DNA of 32,000 nt, taken from contig OZ245049.1 in assembly GCA_965224465.1 (NCBI GenBank), positions 1,890,001 to 1,922,000 of the forward strand. The letters run 5' to 3'. Positions 1 to 5,891 of the stretch are shown here, piece after piece (position 1 is the stretch's first letter; every line of letters begins with the position of its first letter). The notes under the pieces are model-generated. The model was not told the DNA's origin. It ran no database searches and saw nothing but the letters and a program-made list of their open reading frames with translations. The DNA comes from Flavobacteriaceae bacterium. GTDB lineage: Bacteria > Bacteroidota > Bacteroidia > Flavobacteriales > Flavobacteriaceae. The translations under genes and the position numbers were made by a program.

Positions 1-863
1 TCTCCTTTAAAATCTTTTTTATCAGTCACTTCAGTAAAGTCAACATAACCTTTTGGATCATCAGGAAAAGGATGTTTTTTCCTGTAATTAGAAAATTTCT
101 TATAGTTAGTCCTCCCTGTCAATTGTTTTATACCTTTACCACAAAACATAAACCCATCTCTTGATAACTCATTGTCATTTTCTAATCTGTCTCCATAAAA
201 TCTTGAAAAAAGAGGTTTTCTAAATGCTTTATGCTTTTTTAACATGATTTTAAACTTTAAAACTTCTACTTCCCCTCCTTTTTTGTCTTTTATTTTTTCT
301 TTAACCTCTTTTAATATTATTCTTTTACCAGAATATTTCCCATATAACTTTCTTATGTCTGCTGTTACACTATTATTAACTAACAGGGTTTTGAGTTCAG
401 CATTTGATTTAGAAATAACTTTGTCATCTTTATTCTTGATTTCAAATATTTTTGATAATTGTTTTTCTAGAGAAGACAAAATTATATTATCAATTATTTG
501 ATTTCTGTTAAAATACTTTGCACTCAAACTTGAAAATTTATAATTGTGCCCCTCTTTCATGCTCGTAGATTTAAACTCCATCTCAGCAGCAATTTGAGAT
601 ATAAAATGAGCTTTACGTAAACAAGTATCTAGTTTGTAGTCTTTTCTATATAAATTTAGGTATTCTATAATTTTTTTCGCTAAAGTTTCGTTTGCATTAG
701 GCTCAATATGTTTAATTTGTTCAATAGTAAATTCTTCCTTACAATATGGACAAAGCTCTGTTGCTTTAATGGTAAGTGGTGTTTCTTTAAATGAAAGTAA
801 CTCTCCTTTATAATATACTCTTGGTATATAAGTCCTTGATTTAATTTTTTTATCTTCTGCCAT
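1..863 (-). CDS. Putative T6SS effector: GH19 / COG3179 (putative chitinase) lysozyme-like peptidoglycan hydrolase; 3' end runs off the window
   Basis: Hand translation of the minus strand from ATG 863..861 is open to position 1 (287 codons; not in the ORF track because no stop lies in the window). It contains the two family blocks RKAHFISQIAAEMEF (aa 83-97) and GFMFCGKGIKQLTGRTNYKKF (aa 237-257). The ATG lies 4 nt after the TAA of the upstream hcp gene. Confidence 0.6.
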   Translation of the reverse strand, partial: MAEDKKIKSRTYIPRVYYKGELLSFKETPLTIKATELCPYCKEEFTIEQIKHIEPNANETLAKKIIEYLNLYRKDYKLDTCLRKAHFISQIAAEMEFKSTSMKEGHNYKFSSLSAKYFNRNQIIDNIILSSLEKQLSKIFEIKNKDDKVISKSNAELKTLLVNNSVTADIRKLYGKYSGKRIILKEVKEKIKDKKGGEVEVLKFKIMLKKHKAFRKPLFSRFYGDRLENDNELSRDGFMFCGKGIKQLTGRTNYKKFSNYRKKHPFPDDPKGYVDFTEVTDKKDFKG

Positions 864-866
864 AAT

Positions 867-1475
867 TTATCGATTTAATAACACTTCTCCATTTTTGTTA
901 ACAATTCCTTTAAGTTCTATATTGTTTGTGGGATCATCATCTGCATCTTCTAATACTATTATTAGTTCTTCATCTTCTGCTATATCTTTTACTTTTAAAA
1001 ACAGCTGAGAATTAGAACCAATTTCAGATTCTTTTATAGTGTTTCCTTCTTCATCTCTCCATTCTTTTTTTAGAATTCTTGGTGTTTTTTCAATTTCTTG
1101 CTCTCTCTCTAACACCGTTGGTTCAACTTCTATAAAAGGATCCTCAAACACCCAATTTTCTATTTTTTTAACATCTTTTATTTTAACAGCTCCACACGTT
1201 ATCGCTAAATTAATGTGTAAGGGTAAATTGTCTTGATTGTCAAATTCTTCTGTAAGACCTACAATATAGGCTTTATGGAATTCTACTTTGTACAAGGTTT
1301 TAAACTCATCTCTGTCATAAAATATTAATTCACCGCTAAAACTAGCATTTGGTGAAAACATATAGTGATACAAATCGCTATCAAACCCAGTAGATTCAAA
1401 CATTAAATGGAATGGGCTTTTACGCGTTGTGGTCGTAGGGTTTCCCGTAATATCTTTAAGTTTGTATAATACCAA
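867..1475 (-). CDS. tssD: TssD/Hcp-family T6SS tube protein core with an ~80-aa C-terminal extension; its native first 24 codons lie at 1629..1700 beyond a MITE
   Basis: ORF track, 202 aa. Residues 1-110 match the Bacteroidota TssD pattern by eye (D.TGNP, LMFEST, LYKVEFHKAYIVG.TEEF, ENW). The only start is a TTG directly after an in-frame TAA. aa 1-123 are near-identical to ORF 4195..4827. Confidence 0.7.
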   Translation of the reverse strand: MVLYKLKDITGNPTTTTRKSPFHLMFESTGFDSDLYHYMFSPNASFSGELIFYDRDEFKTLYKVEFHKAYIVGLTEEFDNQDNLPLHINLAITCGAVKIKDVKKIENWVFEDPFIEVEPTVLEREQEIEKTPRILKKEWRDEEGNTIKESEIGSNSQLFLKVKDIAEDEELIIVLEDADDDPTNNIELKGIVNKNGEVLLNR

Positions 1476-1628
1476 TTACAATCCAAAACAACTGATATAA
1501 ATAGTTTATTTTACGTTCTAGCGTTGTTGAAAAATAGAACCATAGCTAAGGCTATACTTAGATTTTTCGCCTAGCTAAAACAAAAAATAATTCCATTTCT
1601 AAACCGTTACTTGGAAATGTATTTGGTA
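1470..1628. mobile_element. MITE-like element copy A1 (159 bp) inserted inside hcp
   Basis: Termini are TACCAATTACA ... TGTATTTGGTA (11/12 inverted repeat, extendable to ~17 bp). It is flanked by TAA at 1467-1469 and 1629-1631. It has no ORF and five in-frame stops. It is identical to 4822..4980. Confidence 0.75.
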
Positions 1629-1700
1629 TAAGGTGTATTCTGCTCTTAATAACGTTCTTTCTTTTCCATCTATAATGGCGATGCCTTTAAAACTACTCAT
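1629..1700 (-). other. tssD: Detached 5' coding segment of hcp (24 codons, MSSFKGIAIIDGKERTLLRAEYTL)
   Basis: ATG at 1700..1698, in the same frame as ORF 867..1475 (225 nt apart). The peptide matches the TssD N-terminal strand pattern (F+..L...GKE..VL...Y.L). As it stands, the frame terminates 9 codons into the MITE. Confidence 0.65.
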
Positions 1701-2094
1701 GGTTTTTCAATTTTTGATTCATCTTTTAATTGGGTACAGCTTTTTTTTAAATCCGTAACTAGCACCCATAATCTCACAATAGCAATCCCGAACATGATGG
1801 TATATCCATATCGTTCACAATACAGGATGGGCTTATTGTTAGGGTGTGCCTATTTTTTTAAACGTAGATCAAATATATAAAATAATGTTATACGCAGCAT
1901 GCTTTTATGGTTAAGCCCCACATTTAGGGGGTAAATCCCCGTAGCACTGTCTAGAAACAGAAAATAATCTTTCGGAGTGCATCTTTTACGCTTATGTAAA
2001 GGATTTTGACCCCATATACAGTGCTGTTTATTTGGTTATCACAAGAGGCTGACTGCTCTTTTACGGAGCTTTAGATGTAAGAATTAATCTCTTA

Positions 2095-2252
2095 TACAAT
2101 TAAAACCCAAAATGACCGATATAAATAGTTTATTTTACGTTCTAGCGTTGTTGAAAAATAGAACCATAGCTAAGGCTATACTTAGATTTTTCGCCTAGCT
2201 AAAACAAAAAATAATTCCATTTCTAAACCGTTACTTGGAAATGTATTTGGTA
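2095..2252. mobile_element. MITE-like element copy A2 (158 bp) between the immunity gene and the second cassette leader
   Basis: Identical to A1 from GATATAAATAG to the TTGGTA end (~125 nt). The other terminus is degenerate (TAC--AATTAAAACCC). It is flanked by TTA at 2092-2094 and 2253-2255. Confidence 0.7.
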
Positions 2253-2331
2253 TTAATACAGCTACCAACAGCAATCTGTAGATAAAATATTTACTTCAAG
2301 TTAACACAGAATCTTAGATATTAAATGGACT

Positions 2332-2952
2332 TTATTCAGACTTAGTTTTTCGCAAATCTTTATACTTACAGTTTTCTGTTCTGTTACACTCAATAACATC
2401 ACTATCAATATTTTTATATAGGATTTCTAATAATTCTTTTCTTAATTTAAGAGGATTCATTTTTTCTGGTATATCAATAAAATTTGCTTCTTTATCGTTT
2501 TTCATAGCGAAAATTAGAACACGATTTTGTGTATAGCCTTCTGTACGCTTTCCTTGTGCATTTTCTACAAAGGGTTTTATAGAAATTGAATCATTTGTAT
2601 GCGAAAGTGTATGCAAATAAAAGATACAGTCTTTTTTATAAGTGTAACTTGTTGTTTTTACAACTACATTATATCTGTTTAAATCTATCAACCTATCCAT
2701 AAATCCAATTCTATTACTCATCCAATCTTGACACTTATCTTTTGTGTATTTAACATCTTTAAGTGTGTTTAGTACTTTTTTTAAATCAAAAGTGCAGGCT
2801 AAAGTATCTTTAATTGTATTAATAGGTACATTATCGTTTAATGTGTCTAAAGCTGTTTGTTCTTTAGGTATGCTATTTTTACTCTTATTATTTGGCTCCT
2901 TACAACCAAAATTAATTAAAATAAGTAGTAAAAAAATTAAATAATTTTTCAT
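2332..2952 (-). CDS. Cys-rich lipoprotein, candidate cognate immunity protein
   Basis: ORF track, 206 aa. It has a lipoprotein signal, MKNYLIFLLLILINFGC. Its ATG lies 2 nt after the stop of the upstream 412-aa ORF. No family was recognised. Confidence 0.45.
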   Translation of the reverse strand: MKNYLIFLLLILINFGCKEPNNKSKNSIPKEQTALDTLNDNVPINTIKDTLACTFDLKKVLNTLKDVKYTKDKCQDWMSNRIGFMDRLIDLNRYNVVVKTTSYTYKKDCIFYLHTLSHTNDSISIKPFVENAQGKRTEGYTQNRVLIFAMKNDKEANFIDIPEKMNPLKLRKELLEILYKNIDSDVIECNRTENCKYKDLRKTKSE

Positions 2953-2954
2953 AA

Positions 2955-4193
2955 TTATTCCTTTTTATTTCTTAATTGAAACAATTCTAACTTCATAGGG
3001 AAGTTAAATCGATATCTATCTACATTATCTAATAGTTTAGAATTTTCTAAATTATTTCCTGTAAAACTTTTTACACCAACCATTTGGTCAATAAATTGAA
3101 ATTCAAAAGTGTCATCTTTTTTATTTACAATAATTGTAAAAGAATGGAAGTCATCGTTATAAGCACCAATAAAAACATAATTACCATTATCGGGACAGTT
3201 ACTTTTCATATAATCAATAGGACTTTCTTTAAAGCCTTTTAAAGCAGTATTAGTATTTCCGGGTTGCCCACTACTTGTTAAAACTTCCTTATTGTAAATA
3301 TCTACAACAGTAAATGTTTTTGATGGTTCTGCGTAAGTTGCTGCTATTGTTTTGTTTCTAACACCGTTAGTTGTAGATTCTCCTGCTTTAACAAAATCAT
3401 TTGGTGTCATTCTATTCGCCGAAGGCAAATGATTTTGGTCTTTTCCAAAATTTAAAACACTAGGACTATCTAAAAGCATATAAATTATATGCTTGTGCGT
3501 ATCTGTACAATGATGATATCTATTTGCATCTCCGCCTCCGCTGTATTTTGCACAATTAGCTCTTGCGTACACTTTAATTTCTTCAATTTTCTCTTTACTA
3601 AACTCCCATTCGTTAGGGGTTTCGTAAACTATTTTCATACACCCACAAAACAAGTTTTCATAATCCCCTGTTGAATACCCCTCTTCATTATCATTAGCTA
3701 AAAAACGAATATAGAATGCTACACTTTCTTCTGTTGTAATATCCACTTCCACTTCTATTTCAGAACCAAATTTAGCTAAAATATTATCACTAAACGTTGT
3801 TTCAGATTTTTGCTTAATTTTTGCTGTAACCCCTTTAACTTCTACAAATTTGTCTTTTTCCTGAGATATTTCTATTTCTATATACCCATCGTCGTCTTCC
3901 CATTGTTCATCAGGACCTCCTTTTTTAATTAGAAAAGGAATTACTGGTTTTTGTAGTGCGGTTAGTAATGTAGTTATAGTTTCGTTTTTTTTACTGTCGT
4001 TAGTTTGGGTTAAGAGGTCTACAAAAACATGTTTATCGTTTTCATCCTTTTCTAAAGGGAGTTTATCTTTTTCAATATTGTATCCTGTCGTATCTCTTAA
4101 TTCTACTAGAGGTATAAATTCTGTCCATTCTAAGCCTTCTCCTGTGTATGAATTACTAGGGTTTCCTGTTTCACTTACTGTTATGGTTCCCAT
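2955..4193 (-). CDS. Candidate Hcp-associated T6SS effector, no recognisable domain
   Basis: ORF track, 412 aa, no signal peptide. Its ATG at 4193 lies 1 nt after the TAG of hcp (4195-4197). It is followed by a lipoprotein ORF. It contains a His/Cys cluster, ANCAKYSGGGDANRYHHCTDTHKH. Confidence 0.45.
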   Translation of the reverse strand: MGTITVSETGNPSNSYTGEGLEWTEFIPLVELRDTTGYNIEKDKLPLEKDENDKHVFVDLLTQTNDSKKNETITTLLTALQKPVIPFLIKKGGPDEQWEDDDGYIEIEISQEKDKFVEVKGVTAKIKQKSETTFSDNILAKFGSEIEVEVDITTEESVAFYIRFLANDNEEGYSTGDYENLFCGCMKIVYETPNEWEFSKEKIEEIKVYARANCAKYSGGGDANRYHHCTDTHKHIIYMLLDSPSVLNFGKDQNHLPSANRMTPNDFVKAGESTTNGVRNKTIAATYAEPSKTFTVVDIYNKEVLTSSGQPGNTNTALKGFKESPIDYMKSNCPDNGNYVFIGAYNDDFHSFTIIVNKKDDTFEFQFIDQMVGVKSFTGNNLENSKLLDNVDRYRFNFPMKLELFQLRNKKE

Positions 4194-4194
4194 A

Positions 4195-4827
4195 CTAACT
4201 ATTTTGTTTTTTAGAGTTTAATTCTATTTTCATAGTATCTGAAGTTATATTAAAACCATTTATTTTATTGTCTTCAAGTAATTGTCCTTGGTGTTCCAGT
4301 GGTGCATTAATTGAACTTAAATCTATATCTGTTTGTTTACCTGTCATATCTTGTGTTTTTAGGATTAAAAACACTTTTACACCTTTTTGTGTCTTAGACA
4401 CTCTTTCTCCTTGACTGTCTTGGAAATAGGTTTCTAAGACAGCTCCTTCTCCACTATTTTCTAACACCGTTGGTTCAACTTCTATAAAAGGATCTTCAAA
4501 CACCCAATTTTCTATTTTTTTAACATCTTTTATTTTAACAGCACCACACGTTATCGTTAAATTAATGTGTAAGGGCAAATTGTCTTGATTGTCAAATTCT
4601 TCTGTAAAACCAACAATATAGGCTTTATGGAATTCTACTTTGTACAAGGTTTTAAACTCATCTCTGTCATAAAATATTAATTCACCGCTAAAACTAGCAT
4701 TTGGTGAAAACATATAGTGATACAAATCGCTATCAAACCCAGTAGATTCAAACATTAAATGGAATGGGCTTTTACGCGTTGTGGTCGTAGGGTTTCCCGT
4801 AATATCTTTTAGTTTGTATAATACCAA
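4195..4827 (-). CDS. tssD: TssD/Hcp-family T6SS tube protein core with a different ~87-aa C-terminal extension; native first 24 codons at 4981..5052 beyond a MITE
   Basis: ORF track, 210 aa. aa 1-123 differ from ORF 867..1475 at only 2 residues and then diverge completely after EVEPTVLE. It has the same TTG pseudo-start after a TAA. Confidence 0.7.
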   Translation of the reverse strand: MVLYKLKDITGNPTTTTRKSPFHLMFESTGFDSDLYHYMFSPNASFSGELIFYDRDEFKTLYKVEFHKAYIVGFTEEFDNQDNLPLHINLTITCGAVKIKDVKKIENWVFEDPFIEVEPTVLENSGEGAVLETYFQDSQGERVSKTQKGVKVFLILKTQDMTGKQTDIDLSSINAPLEHQGQLLEDNKINGFNITSDTMKIELNSKKQNS

Positions 4828-4980
4828 TTACAATCCAAAACAACTGATATAAATAGTTTATTTTACGTTCTAGCGTTGTTGAAAAATAGAACCATAGCTA
4901 AGGCTATACTTAGATTTTTCGCCTAGCTAAAACAAAAAATAATTCCATTTCTAAACCGTTACTTGGAAATGTATTTGGTA
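4822..4980. mobile_element. MITE-like element copy A3 (159 bp) inserted inside hcp
   Basis: No differences from A1 by eye. Same TAA flanks (4819-4821 and 4981-4983). Confidence 0.75.
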
Positions 4981-5052
4981 TAAGGTGTATTCTGCTCTTA
5001 ATAACGTTCTTTCTTTTCCATCTATAATGGCGATGCCTTTAAAACTACTCAT
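4981..5052 (-). other. tssD: Detached 5' coding segment of hcp (24 codons), twin of 1629..1700
   Basis: ATG at 5052..5050; sequence identical to 1629..1700. Confidence 0.65.
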
Positions 5053-5445
5053 GGTTTTTCAATTTTTGATTCATCTTTTAATTGGGTACAGCTTTTTTTA
5101 AATCCATAACTAGCACCCATAATCTCACAATAGCAATCCCGAACATGATGGTATATCCATATAGTTCACAATACAGGATGGGCTTATTGTTAGGGTGTGC
5201 CTATTTTTTTAAACGTAGGTCAAATATATAAAATAATGTTATACGCAACATGCTTTTATGGTTAAGCCCCACATTTAGGGGGTAAATCCCCGTAGCGCTG
5301 TCTAGAAACAGAAAATAATCTTTCGGAGTGCACCTTTTACGCTTAGCTAAAGGATTTTGACCCTATATACAGTGCTGTTTATTTGGCTATAACAAGAGGC
5401 TGACAGCTCTTGTACGGAGCTCTAGAAGCAAGAATTAACCTCTTA

Positions 5446-5480
5446 TACCAACTACAATCCAAAATAACCGATATAAATAG
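5446..5480. mobile_element. 35-bp terminal fragment of the same MITE family (A4)
   Basis: TACCAACTACAATCCAAAATAACCGATATAAATAG matches one terminus of A1, A2 and A5. Similarity stops abruptly at 5480. Confidence 0.6.
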
Positions 5481-5891
5481 GTTGTTATTATTTACTAGCT
5501 GGTCTTTTTTAAATCTAACAAGCTAAACAATCACAGCAGGAAGTTTATTTACAACTGAGTTTAGTCAAGATTTATTATTTGCTCACCCCTATTATTTTTA
5601 CGGATGTTCGCAAGGTACTTCACGTTGCTTCTCCAAAAAATAAAGCAAAAAAAAAGAGATTTTTATAATGTGAATTTTAAGGTAAAAAAAACATATCTAA
5701 AACTGCGAGACTCTCCTAACTTCACTCTTGAATCTTGTAGCTTTTGAACATATATTTTGAATAAAAAACAAGCTCCAATGTAAGATTATTATTACAACCA
5801 GCATTGTTTATCAACACTTTATATAGATAACTATACATTATCACGGACACTGGTTTTATTTTTTCAGGTAAAAAAAAATGATTTATATCTG

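Larger units (their letters stand above)
1108..2128. repeat. ~1.02-kb direct repeat, copy 1 (hcp core 5' part + MITE + hcp 5' segment + leader + start of next MITE)
   Basis: Aligned by eye to 4460..5480 at an offset of 3352 with small indels. There are about 7 substitutions in the hcp part, none across the MITE and 5' segment, and about 19 in the leader, concentrated at its distal end. Confidence 0.85.
4460..5480. repeat. ~1.02-kb direct repeat, copy 2
   Basis: See 1108..2128. Confidence 0.85.

Noticed and set aside
244-501. Plus-strand ORF of 85 aa. Similar antisense ORFs occur at 1039-1236, 2744-2944, 3489-3674, 6461-6798, 7230-7556, 7924-8115, 8968-9349, 9758-10042, 12726-12908, 18760-19044, 19703-19888, 23161-23403, 25192-25628, 26727-26909, 29708-29965, 30313-30534 and 30930-31298.
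   Set aside because: Each lies entirely inside a longer minus-strand gene with clear family motifs. Their low-complexity, Leu/Ile/Phe/Ser-rich translations are typical of antisense frames in AT-rich DNA.
1473-1475. TTG at 1475 (and 4827) as the native hcp start codon.
   Set aside because: The TTG is formed by the MITE terminus (TTGGTA) and directly follows an in-frame TAA. The product would lack the conserved first strand, which is encoded intact 225 nt upstream. Use as a secondary start cannot be excluded.
1470-1628. Self-splicing intron or self-cleaving ribozyme interpretation of the 159-nt intervening sequence.
   Set aside because: It is too short for group I or II introns. I found no hammerhead, twister or similar core motifs. 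The 3-bp TWA flanking duplications and the intergenic copies fit a transposon-derived MITE better. RNA-level removal by host factors remains untested.
1464-1631. Programmed translational bypassing (gene-60-like hop) between the identical TTATAC hexamers.
   Set aside because: The gap is 162 nt, far longer than known hops. The take-off codon is not followed immediately by a stop. The repeat is more simply explained as a target-site duplication plus a chance GTA match.
3490-3520. HHCTD...HKH in the 412-aa protein as an M23 (HxxxD / HxH) metallopeptidase signature.
   Set aside because: In M23 enzymes the two motifs are tens of residues apart within a beta-fold. Here they are contiguous, so the resemblance is probably coincidental. 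It is kept only as a possible metal or catalytic cluster.
1470-5480. Whether the repeated ~159-bp units are a CRISPR array or an integron attC-like series.
   Set aside because: The units are too long and irregularly spaced for CRISPR, and there are no cas genes. No integrase or attI-like context is present, and the units carry TIRs and TSDs.
5481-5891. Region between the T6SS island and the PUL, examined for a tRNA or att site, or an integrase remnant marking an island boundary.
   Set aside because: No tRNA-like cloverleaf, direct repeat of the island end or ORF was visible. The only boundary signal is the truncated MITE fragment at 5446-5480.
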